A stretch of DNA of 64,000 nucleotides from Peribolospora baueri (lineage: Eukaryota), in the NCBI GenBank assembly GCA_029717555.1, contig JAMDHS010000015.1, positions 124,001 through 188,000 of the forward strand, written 5' to 3'. This document shows positions 1-11,171 of this stretch, in pieces. The position numbers and the translations under genes were made by a program. How positions within the stretch are numbered: the stretch's first letter is position 1; each line of letters opens with the position of its first letter. The notes beneath the pieces were generated by a model. That model saw only the letters and a program-made list of their open reading frames with translations, had not been told where the DNA came from and searched no databases.

Positions 1-2673
1 TCGCTCTACCCGACTCCCTTTCCCGTTGCAGCAGACGTACTTCTTTTATCATCTTCTCAGCGCCGACGACAATACCATCCTGATGGGAGCGCTGCCTTCT
101 CCCCACCCTCGTCTCGGGCACAACGCCGAACCTACTCCAAGAAGAAAGGCATGGCGGCGGCGGAGATGGAGGATGGGCAAGCCAAGCCGGCAAAGACGAG
201 CAAGAAGAAAGGCGGCGCCACAGAGGACGAGAGGAACTCTCCGAACGGCGCGATTTGTTCCGAGCTCAGACGATGTGCGTCGCCCTCTCTTTCCTCGTCT
301 CTATTCGCTTCACCTGGTCGCTGGTGGTCGCCTGCTTCTTTAGAGTGGGAATCCACATCGGTACTTCGCGGCACACCCCCTCTCCATCTCATCTCCGTTT
401 ATTTTGCCGTCTGGCGGAACTGCTCATCACTCGCCATTGCCCGCCGTCTTCTCCACCCTCCCGTTCCCCACAATCGACCCACCGAACAGGCCTCGAAGCA
501 GAGCTCAAAGCCGAGTCGAACAAGTTTAAGCTCAAGGCCTTCCGCTCGGCCATCAAGACGCTCTCCCACCTTCCCTACCCCATCCGCACTCCCGAGGAGG
601 CGCTTGACATTGAGGGCATTGGGAACGGCATCGCGGGGAGGATAGGGATGATTCTGAGGCAGGAGGATCCTGTGAGAGTTGCATTTTGCCTTGGGGTTGA
701 CTGAGGGGTGATGGAAAGGATGTGATGTGCCCAAGGCAGTTCAATGAGCCGGCGGGAGGTGGTCATTTCCAGGCGCTTGCTTGCCTGGATGAAGCGGCTC
801 CCGCCTGACAGGGTCAGGTCAAAACAAGCTGCATGTCGCTGAAGCCGGTGCGCTTTCTGCTCTGATCAAACCCTCTCGGCAGCTTGTATACGAAGAAGAG
901 AAGGAGAAGAAAAAGTCCTCTTCCAGCTCATCACCTGATGCAAGTACACGGCGAAGAGGAAAGGGAAATGGTGAGAGCAAGGCGAAGAGGGTGGCGGAGA
1001 AAGCGGCAGCGGAGGAGACGATCGATCGGACCCAGGAGCTCAAGGAGGCCGTCGCGTTGTTCGAGACGGTTCCCGGTGTGGGGTAAGTGGTTGTGTCTTC
1101 GCGCTTCGGTGCAGTTGAGAGGGGACCAGGGGCCCGGTCTACGTTGCCCTTCTTTTTCCGTCCTCATATTCTTGACCGCTTTGTCCTTAACCATCCCCTT
1201 CCTTCCTGGCCATATTCTCTGCCAGACCCAGAACGTCCCGCGACCTCGCCATGGCGGGCTATCGCCTCCTCTCTGACCTCTTAAATCCGGACGCGTTCTC
1301 TATGCTCAGGCCGAGCGCAAGGGTGGCGGTGCGGTGGATGGGGCAGATCGATCAGAGGGTGTACAGGGATATGGTCGAGAGGGTCGAGGTGCGTTTCCGT
1401 CCGAGCCCTCGTTGGACTCGTCGCCCTAGCCAGTTTTGTTCGTTCGTCCATTGACCGTCGAAGCTGTCCAACCGACAACTGTCGCAACCAGACCGCGCTC
1501 AGGGCGGCAATTCGGCGTCATGATCCTCGATTCGAGATGTACCTCGTCGGCAGCTAGTGAGTCGTTGGCCCTATCTCGTTTCTGATCATGCCTTCTTTTC
1601 GTCTCGCTTGTGGCAATGCATTTTATTTTGCCGTTTGATCTTCGGAACGCCTCCAGCCTGATCAGCTGCTCACTGCTCTTTCTTCATCTCGCCGCTTCTC
1701 GACAGTCGACGGGGCAAAGCTTCCTCCTCCGACATCGACGTCGTCCTAGTGCATCCTTCCTACTACAAAGTCCCCTTCCCTCCTTCTCCCTCGTCCTCCT
1801 CCCCCGCCAGCTCTAAGCGCCATTCTGTCCAGGGCAAAGGAAAGAAACCTCTCCCACCTGGCGGGCCGGAGACATTGCTGGCGGACCTGGTGGACCATCT
1901 CGAGGAGGAGGGGCTGCTCGTCGACCGACTGGGGAGCGGTCAGACAAAGTACCTTGGCGTGTGTCTCGTACCGGACGCCGAGGAGCTTCGGGCGATCGTC
2001 GCGCGGCCGGCGTCACTGATGAAGGCGCCCCAGGGTGAAGTGCAGACGGGCGAGAGCTCGGAGAAGGAGCGGAAAGTGAGGGCCGCAGGGGGTATTTATC
2101 GGCGAATCGACCTAAAGTGAGTTTGTCGTCCGGTTCAGTCAGCGATGCTCGCGTTTCGTCCTACAAACTATCCTCCCATTCGTCCGTCCGTCCGTCCATC
2201 CTCGGTGCTGTCGGAATCTCACGCGCTGAACTCCTTTCATCTCCCCTCTTCCTCTCGCCCTCTCCAGCCTCGTCCCTTACCCTTGCCTCTCCGCCGCGCT
2301 GGTTGCCCTCACCAACGACGCGAATATGAACCGCCACTTGCGCGCGTTGGCCTACGAGCGCGGCTTACACCTCAACGAGAACGGCCTATGGAAGTGGGAG
2401 GACGAGGTTGACGTGGGTCAGAGTGGACACGAGAATGGGGACGAGTGGAAGAAGGAGAGGGGGGCGGAGGAGGGAGAGGGCGCAGGTGAGGGAGAGGTGT
2501 CAAGAGAGAAAGGACGTGGGTCAAATGGACATTGGGTCCGGCTGCCCATGGAGACCGAGAAGGAAATTCTCGACGCGTTGGGCGTCGGGTCGCTCGAGTC
2601 GCTCGAGCGTGACGCGAGCGCGGGGCCCGGGCGGCGCGGCGTTGGAGGGGCCGAGGTCGACGGGACTGGGTGA
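1..2673 (+). CDS. X-family DNA polymerase (Pol beta/lambda-like, no BRCT seen); multi-exon, 5' end probably upstream of the window
   Basis: Spliced translation gives the lyase/HhH region 'KLKAFRSAIKTL...IEGIGNGIAGRI', a second HhH 'FETVPGVGPRTS', palm 'VGSY|RRGKASSSDIDVVLVHP', 'KYLGVC', 'YRRIDL', and thumb 'NRHLRALAYERGLHLNENGL...TEKEILDALG'. Introns are GT-AG (e.g. 672-882, 2117-2267). The frame is open from base 1 to the first ATG at 151; stop at 2671-2673. Confidence 0.9.
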
Positions 2674-3286
2674 CGGCCGGCCGGCGTTGCAAAGCGCGCT
2701 GCTTTGCGTTGCGGCGTCACGCACCGTCTCTTCACTTTGGCATCGTCCCCGTCTGCCCGCCTTTGTAGTCGCTCAGATCAGCGTCGCGGCGGAGATGGAA
2801 AGATGTTCAACTGGCTGACGGTCCGTGTGTGGGAGAGCGAAGAGACCTGCGAGCCGTCAAGGCATCCTGTCCCCAGCTCGTGCGGCCCCATAGAGGTGGA
2901 CATTGACATGCGGTTCAAGACATGACTTGCCCCTGCTCACACCATGGTGATGGTCAGCGCTCGGTACATAGAGCATTTTTTTTCTTTGACCACGGCGGGG
3001 ATAGCGAAAGGAGAGACAAAGGGACGAGGAGGTGAAAAAGGGAGAAGTAAAGTGAAGCGGACGTGATCGGAAGAACCGACCGTGGAGAATGAGCGGCCCG
3101 TTGGAGCTTGCACTGCAGGTCTCGAAAGCCCCATCGCCTTCGCCGCTTGCCACCGTCCTTGAAACGCATTCTTCTAACTCGACCCAGCTGCCTTGCTTTT
3201 ATCTCCGCCATCTCTCCGTCATCATTTGTTCTCCGCGCCGACCTACGTCTTTCCTTCAGGTTGCGAGCGGTACTCCGCTCCTGCCA

Positions 3287-5114
3287 TCATGTCGCGCCAG
3301 GCTTGGTGATTTCCACGATCTGGCGGTCATCTTTATATTCAGGGAGTTCGAGTTTGTATTTCTCCGCGATGTTGCTGTGGGAGTGACGAGAGGACAGGAT
3401 GGGGAACGCGTGAAAGAAGAGGGCCGGGAAGAGGTGAGCGGCCAACGGACGGGAAAGAGATCGATTTCCGAACGCTGGAAGGCAGCGCTGCAGCGCCAGA
3501 GGGCGGTATAAAGATCAAAAGAGAGGCACACACTCACGGAGGCACGAAGCGCCCACCCAAAAAGTGCCTCCCCAACCTCTTCTCCTGGAACTCCCTGACA
3601 CCTTCCTTGGGAGCTGTCAAGCTGAGCAGGACCTGCGGAACGAAGCCGATGTCGTCCACGTTACCCTTCTCTACGTCCCACGCCGAGGGGACGTCGGCGG
3701 AGACAATGGGGGGCACGGAGCGCCCGGCCGACAGAGAGGGGTCCTTGAGATAGGAGATGATGGAGTCGAATGGGGCCTTCACAGGGGGCTTGAAGGAAAA
3801 GCCTGAGGGAAATTCGGAGAAGCGCAGTATGCATGGAGATAACGTGGAATCCAGAAACGAGCGGTTGGAACGTCAGCTATTGATCCCGCTCTACTTGCAT
3901 TGAATAAACGCCTCCAAAGTTTATCTCACAACACTGTTAACGAACTCACCAAAGATGGCATCAAGGACGACGTCAGACTGTTTGAGATTGTCCTCAAAAT
4001 CGTCCAGCTCGACCTCGGGGATGCCGAGGTTTTTGACTTGCTTTTTGAGTCGCTGAAAGGATGGACACAAGTGAGGCGGGGTGGAGGAAAGGAGAGGTAA
4101 GAGAAGAGAAGAAGAAGAAGAAAAATGAAGCCAAAGTGTCGATCAAAAGGCGCAAGGCGCGCCTTATGCACCCGAAACAGAGATCCTCGGTTCCTCCCTA
4201 GCCCCAGCTTCACCTCCTCGGACTGACCTTGTACAACTCCTTCTCTGTCTGCTTAGGATAGCAAAGCTTGGGCTTGTATCCAAAGTGCCAGAGGTGGCGA
4301 GCGGCGACGAGGCCGTCGCCACCTTGATTGCCCGGACCGCAACAGACTAGGACGCGAGGGTGAGTCTCGGGAGGATAGACGGTATAGATGGCTGGTGGTG
4401 GTGGTGGCGAGTGAAGAGAAGATCGAGCGACAAAAAGAAAAATAAGGGTGACGAGAATGTGTACGTTATGACGTGAGCCTGCCTGCACATGGAACGGAAA
4501 AGCGATAGACGAGAAGGACGTAGCGGTTCTTACTCACTCTGTGCGCAGGCGTATCCTGCAAGCTCCTGCATAATCGAGGAGGCGCCCAGGACAGGAAAGA
4601 GGGCGGGCAAGATAGAGACAGGAAAGAGATAGGAAGGAGAACAAAATCCAGGGGCAGGCGGCGGAGGTCTCTCAGCGATTCCATATTGCTGGTAAAAGGA
4701 AGCCCTGAGGCGTGCACGTACCATGAGCTGATCCACGCTGAATGCTCCCTCCTCCCCCATTAGGTCCTGGTCAAGCTCCTGGGCCGCCTTGGCGGTGAGG
4801 TAAGAAAGGCCCATAATCGCTGCAGGGGTCCTGGAAGCCGCCGAAGCAGTTTCCTGTGCAACTTTTGACGTGTGATAGAGTCTCCGGTGACAAAGTAAGG
4901 TCGATGAGACGGGACTCAAGGGTGCGTCGCCCTGGAAGGAGGAGAGGATGGACAGTCGATCGGCCCGCGGAATCGGGATCGGAGCGGGCCCGCGAGGCGC
5001 GACGGCGGTGGTACTAAGAACGGCGAGTTTGTTCGCCGAGGTGCTGGAAAAAGGAGATAGCGGTGAGAGAGAGAAAAGAAGGCGTCGCTGAAGAAGGGAG
5101 TTGGAGGAGACCAT
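3287..5114 (-). CDS. NNR1: NAD(P)H-hydrate epimerase (YjeF_N / NAXE family) with optional N-terminal extension
   Basis: Exons give '[35 protein letters not shown]', '[21 protein letters not shown]', '[20 protein letters not shown]', '[13 protein letters not shown]', 'LSLTAPK', 'GGRFVP' and last exon '[28 protein letters not shown]' (stop 3287-3289). The core ATG is at 4814, with in-frame upstream ATGs at 5114 and 5129. Confidence 0.93.
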
Positions 5115-5571
5115 GGAAGGATTCCACATTCCACTCTTCAGTCCCTCGTCCCGCTCTCTGACTTGGGACGATCGCGCTTTACCACCACTGACGCAATCGC
5201 GCACGGGCCACGAGCGCCGGCCGATAGAGGGCACGTGACAAGGAGCGTCGGGATCAGGGTTGGCAAGGTTTACGACTTTCTCTGCTCTTCTTATAACACT
5301 CTCCAAGCCACTCTGGTCTTCTTTGCCTGGTGCGAACGCTGATCTGGTAGCACAGCGGTCAGCCTTAAGAGGTGACAAACAACAACGATGAAGATCCCTG
5401 TGTCCACAGCACCGACCGCTGTCATCGAACCTGGTTTCCTTTGTGCGGTCCGCGACATCTCGTCATCTCCGGTTTGTTATTCTAAACTTATTTTCAAGTC
5501 CTTTCTCCTTTCATCCCTTCAAGCGTTCCATCCGCCGTCGCTTGTGCGGCAAGGGCCCGCCTCGGTATAAA

Positions 5572-8033
5572 ATGGCTGGTTTCGCTGCCGACAGGCTGTC
5601 CAGGATCCGCGAGTTCCTCGACTCACCTTTCCCTTCCCCGTCCACATCTCACCGAGACACCTTGCTTTCTGATCTTAAGCGCTCATTCTTTACTTTCTCC
5701 ATAGTCGGGACCTTTAAGGCTGTACTTTGTCCCCCCCGCACGCTTATGCCCAACTTTAAAGCGCCGAGCTTCAACGAAGAAAGCTCGTTGATTGGCGGCC
5801 CGAACGACGCCACAGAGATGCAACTCTCTGAGCATAATTCAAGCGTAATATGTTTAACCCCTTCCAGCCTGAAAAGATTGACACATCAGCCAGCATTGGA
5901 ACCTTTTCAAAATTGGCCTGGTTGGACGCCAGCTCTGATGAGCTAAATGAATACATGCCCACGAACCGGCCCAGAGACATCGGTGAGCGCCCTCGATCGC
6001 AATCATACGTTCATCCTTGTCTATGATGATCAGCAATATCAACAAGGCTCATCTCCCGCTCCACCCACAGAAAACCACCGGTCGTTCGGTGAATCCTCCC
6101 AACACCAAGTCTATCCCCATCACAACGCGGAAGAAAGGCCGCTGAAAGGGCCCGATCTGAAGGGCACTCGCCAGCCGTCATTCCCACAGGATCCGCAGGG
6201 CGATGAGCACCACCAAGGTCAGAAGCTCGCGAACCCCCCTATTGCGCTTTATGAGGTTTCTCCAGTCAAACCGGTCCATTGGACGACGTCCACGGTTTTG
6301 TTCGTCACTCGCAAGTTATCTCCGACCGCACTTACGTGCAGCGGCCACGAGCGTTTCCTGTTCTCGCATCAGAGTGGGGCTCCCGGCATTCGATAGACGC
6401 CAAGGCTCAACGTTCGCAAGGTGTCCTCTAACATGCCTACATGCAGGAACCGCCTTCCCAGTCCACAGGCCACCAAGGTAGCGGACGGTTTTCTTCCGGA
6501 GGCGGACAAGACGTCCAGCATGAGATCCACGGGTACCGTACTCCTTTCTCAGCCGCCTATCCTTCTCAAGGCTATAAGGATCTAGAGGCCAACAATGCCA
6601 CGTCGTACGGCTCACGCAGCAGAATGGGCCAGGACCAGAAAGGTTTTGCAGCAAGCAACCACGAGCCGTGTCTGCCAATCTTATGTACGCCCAAAACGTG
6701 CTCTGTATCCTGCTTCGCCTTGCTGTCAAGGTCCCTGATTCACGGAAGAGAGGTTTCTGGTGGTGTTTGGATGAGATGGACCGGTCCTAACCAATGCGAT
6801 TTGGAACGTTATATCGATTTATCGGTTATAATCATGAACCTCACAGAAGTTTCTCGGGCGGATTCGATCCTAAATCTGGTACGTATGTCATTCTTTCTCC
6901 AGTGCAAGATGGCTTGGGAACATTTGAGGCTCCAAGGTCACGATCCTGATGCTATACTCGGGTCAATTATCAGCGTCTGGAGTGATTCCCTTCTCTGCTC
7001 AGCGGTTTCCCACAAACATCTCCAAGCCTGGCCTAGCCGCGGGGCGTATTCGCCGTACGCAGGAGTCTTCTCAGCGGACTCCCCCGGCAGCTACTAATCA
7101 TGCTCTCCCTGCTGCGGAGACGCCTTCAACTGAGACCGACGCCCCACCCGCCTCCAGAGTGTCTCTGGCTCATGCGATGCCTACGCCTGGCGGTGCTGAG
7201 GCTCCTACCATGAAGACGTCAGCAGAGCCGTTGCAAACACGACATTTTGAAGCACTGGTGCGTCAAGTGAAGGAGCTGAAGCAGGAAGTCCTGAATTTCG
7301 AACGACGTCAAGGACAGGCGACTGGGGAGCAAGTGCAGTTGGTACAACAACAACTCCTCAACGATCTGGTGCAGCTTAAAATTTCGACGTACCGCGACAT
7401 GGAAACGCTGTGTGCGCAGCTCACAGCGGCCCGCGATGAGATTAGGAACATGACGAAGGACGTTGACAGAGTCAACACGACCAAGTTCAAGGAATTAAAT
7501 GTCGCCTTGTGTAACATAAGCCGCCTTTACAAAGACCATGGATCTTTGGAGCGGGCCAAAGCAATGCGGGAGGTTCGGGAGCGGGTGGACGGGACATTGA
7601 GGTGGTCCAAGGAACAGGTGAGGGCCGTCCAAGGCATTCAAGATTCACTGCAAGGACAACCAACGGAAAACTCTCAGGTGGTGTCCGAGCAACACTTGAG
7701 ACAGGCTTCGCTTGGCAGTATTTGGCGGAGCTGGACGAAGGGGAAAAGCCGGCGTGGGAATGGCGCCAGCGATACGGAGGAGAGCATGGAGGAGACAAGG
7801 AAGAGGCCAATGCCGAAGCAGAAAAAGAAGAACGGACAGAAATGGAGGATAGGATGTTTCACGTAAGTACAGGGAGAGAATGAAATCCGAGGTCTAGCGG
7901 AGCTTTTGAAAAATATGCTAACCCGGTTGAACCTCGGTTGGGACACAGACGCGAGGACGTCCTCCTGTGGGCGGAGGACGACGGCAATCCCATTAAGTCG
8001 GAGGATGAAAAAGGGATCTCTATCTCGACGTAG
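5572..8033 (+). CDS. Hypothetical multi-exon protein: disordered N-terminus, central coiled coil, basic patch; exon structure only partly resolved
   Basis: Consecutive same-strand ORFs (5947-6396, 6441-7097, 6949-7866) are separated by intron-like segments (CTAAC..CAG acceptor at 6446; GTACGT donor near 6879; GTAAGT 7863 .. GCTAAC .. CAG 7948). The heptad-rich segment 'FEALVRQVKELKQEVLNFE...LTAARDEIRNMTKDV' is followed by a putative last exon 'REDVLLWAEDDG...IST*'. Confidence 0.55.
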
Positions 8034-8284
8034 GAATTTCTGGACAGGAACAGGACGTACCTGCTCCTGGCCAGAAATTGAATCTGAGTTCACGATCTGG
8101 GGCGAGACCGTCGAATGGTTATGCAGAGCCGGGTGAGCCTCTGGCACACAAACGGGATGGGCTATCCATCCGCCTATAGTGGGACGTCTGCTCATTCCGT
8201 TACATACGACCTGTTCGTCTTCCCAAGATCCTGTACCGAAAAGGTTCAATAGATTCAATAGTAACTAGTAGTACGGCGAATTAT

Positions 8285-8903
8285 TCAAGGGCAAGCCGAG
8301 ATGGGCATCCAAGGCAGATGTGATCCGAATCGATTACGTCGTCCACGAGATATCACGACGGTACAATAAGTGGTGACGGAAAAGGTGTGCTGGCGACCGA
8401 GCGTCTCTTGACTTACCCTCAGCTCTAGCTCTAACATAGTCATGATCATGAATCGTCCAACCTTCGCTTCGCTTGCGACCGAGGAAGACCACTCAGCGAT
8501 AGCACGGACCACTGCACGTGCTGTTGACATCCGCCTAGCGCCGAAGCAGCGCCACTTCCATCTCGCATCTTGACCGCATCTCTCGACACATATTTCATAC
8601 AGGCATCGGCAGAGAGGCTAGCGAGACGCTCTTTTGTTCTGGTCGAGGATTGGGGCGGTCCACCTCGACCCACACTGTCTCTTCCGCACACGGCGCGTTA
8701 GGTTGGCCACCGTCTGAACCGGACTTCACGCCGTTCTCGGCCCCTCCCCCGTTTCCACTCTCCCCCCTCCCCGCCCGCGACCTACATCGGCTCCGACGTA
8801 TCTTGCCTTGATATACGGGATTAGATTTGGGTTGCTCCTTTGCTTTGCTTCTCGCTTGCCACTTGCTTGACTCGGCCTTATTATCTTTGTTCGACCTCCC
8901 CAT
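8285..8903 (-). CDS. Possible small basic hypothetical protein, divergent from the DUF3605 gene
   Basis: ORF 'MGRSNKDNKAESSKWQARSKAKEQPKSNPVYQGKIRR...' is followed by GTATGA and GTAAGT donor-like sites and a second ORF at 8285-8530. No family was recognised and the boundaries are uncertain. Confidence 0.3.
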
Positions 8904-9048
8904 CTTCGACTGGAAGGAAGGCAAAAGAGGGTATTAGATTCATAGACACTCGGAACGCGTACGCGACCTCCTCCACACTCTTTTCTGCGGATAACATCAA
9001 GGTCAAGGTCCTTTGCTTTAGGCAAAAACGGAACACAGAAGGACGTAG

Positions 9049-10431
9049 ATGACTCGCGCAATACGTCCGGACGGCAAGGCGGACGATGATGACGGTGTGA
9101 GGGAGCAAGCGATCCATACTTGGGAGGATTTGAAAAAGATCATCGCCGGAGGGTGAGTCCATTTGGCTTAACCTACCTTGATATGAGTTGCCTGTGGCTC
9201 GTACATGCCGTCAGAGCCGGAGGAGCGAATGGCTTATAGCTCCCTGCCCCGCGCACGCATTCTCCGTCAGAGACCTGGACAAGCTCACGCGCAGCCCTCG
9301 GCTGCAGAAGCGGTACGACGCTTGGCGGTGAGCACTTTTATGGCTAATATGATGCGCCATTGGCACGGTCCCATTTCGTACCCGAGCCTTTTCTTTCCGT
9401 CACTTACCGTTCTCTTCCTAAACAGCCAAAAAATTAAGGCCCAATACGGCTCCATAGAGACGTATCTTCGAATCAACCAACTGAAGTGGGAGGACCCTTC
9501 GACCTACCAGTTTGCCTCCTCCACGACGAGTGTTCTTGATGACACCAAAGTGTCGATGGAGTCGAAGGGGCGGAACACAGATGGAGAGACGGTGGCGAGT
9601 TGGCGAGAGGAGGTTGGCGTGAATGCGGTGGAGCGCGTAAGCAACGGTAACGCCAGCTACCACGGCCTTGCTAGTTTAAACGCGACTGCAGACGGGAGCG
9701 GCACGACCACCTTCAGGAAGACAATGACGACATCAACCACCCTGCCACCCTATTTCGTCTCCACTCTCCCCTCGCCATCCGTCGTGGCTCTCCTCCCAAA
9801 TGACTGGCCTTACTCCATCCCTCCGGAAGTGGAGCACTTTGTCGTATGGAGCAAGGTTCCCATCGTTTCTCCCGAGGTGTGCGCTCCAGCTTCCGCTCCT
9901 GCTACGGTCGATTCGGTACTGTTGCGCGATGCAGGTGACAGGATCGATGATGATGAGAAGACGAGAGGGCCAAGAGATGAGGAGGAGGCTCGGAGGTGGT
10001 GGAAAGTGATCCGAGCAGAAGGCGTTCGAGGCTCTGTAGGCGTGCCTGAAGCTCCTGAGGTGCCTTTTGGCTCTCTCTGCCATGCTACTTTTCACGAGCA
10101 GCGGTCCTTCTCTGGCTCTGGCACACCTGCTCCAAGTCGCTTGGCTCCATCGGAGAGACTGATCATTCACGGTCTGGCGGACGAGCAGGAGGCGCAAGCA
10201 TGGGCAGGGAGGGAGGTACAGAGGTTTGTGAGGGAGAAATGGAGGGAGGAGGAGGGGTGGCAAGCGCTTTGGTTTTTGAACCCTCCCGTGAGTCACCGAT
10301 ATCTCTGCGCTTGGTCGTGCATTTGGCTCATCTCCTCGCGTTCTGATCGATCCGTCCGTCATGTACAGCACCTTCGCACTGTGCCAGGCGTGCACCATTT
10401 TCACGTCATGGTCCGTCGACATCCTTGGTAA
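9049..10431 (+). CDS. DUF3605 / Gig1-like protein
   Basis: Four exons: 'MTRAIR..HTWEDLKKIIAG|GDLDKLTRSPRLQKRYDAWR|QKIKAQYGSIETYLR...LLPNDWPYSIPPEVEHFVVWSKVP...WFLNPP|HLRTVPGVHHFHVMVR'. Introns are at about 9153-9270, 9329-9425 and 10288-10368. NDWPY, H.VVWSK, WF.NP and H.HV are the family motifs. Confidence 0.88.
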
Positions 10432-11171
10432 CTAGCTCAATTAGGCCGCGAGGCCGTGTGTATGTCGAACCTTTGACCTTCGTTGTATGTTGAATTTGCG
10501 CGCGACCGTCCGACATTCTTACTGTCCTTGGTCGGCTCGTCTTGCTCTCTGGACAATCTTTCTCTCGTCTCGTCTCGTTTCCCGTCGCAACCGGTGGGGG
10601 TGGGCACCTTGACGTGGTAAACTAAGGTGACCTTGGCATATATCGATTGTCTGTTCCGCCGATCGGCGACCAACGTCGGTGTTTGCCTTTTCCGGGGCAG
10701 TTCGAGCCTACGACGATTTGAGAATTCGGACTGCATCTGCATGACTTCTTCCTGCCTGTCTTCTTCCTCACATCGTTCTGCCTGTCGGCTCAGCGAGGCA
10801 GAAATAGTTCCGGCAGATTGTGGGGAAAGGTCGTACAAGCGAGAGGCAATCAGCGGCAAGCGGATGAAGATCAATCAGAACGGCATCTTGTATCTCGATG
10901 ACAGCCGGGCTTCGCGAGCAGTGACCGACTTGACTGACGGTGGTGCATATCTGAGTGAGCACAAGGCCAGGTATGCCAATTCGCCGGCGGGTCCAGCTGC
11001 TGGGAGAGAATCAATCAAAGCTGGGATATACATATAAGCGCCCGTCCGACGATCCTCCACTTGAACTCTTTTCCCCCTTCTTCCCCCCTCCTCGCTACCT
11101 TCTCCGGTCCTCTGCTCTTCCTTCCCGCGCACCACTGGCACCACTTCAACAAAACATAACAGCTTGCACCC

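Noticed and set aside
2670..2925. Possible extra Pol X terminal exon ('RSDQRRGGDGKMFNWLTV...')
   Set aside because: Needs a weak GTGACG donor with no clear branch site, and the domain is already complete at 2673.
10437..11037. Overlapping 136-145 aa ORFs between DUF3605 and the aldolase
   Set aside because: No motifs or consistent splice pattern; likely UTR/promoter DNA.
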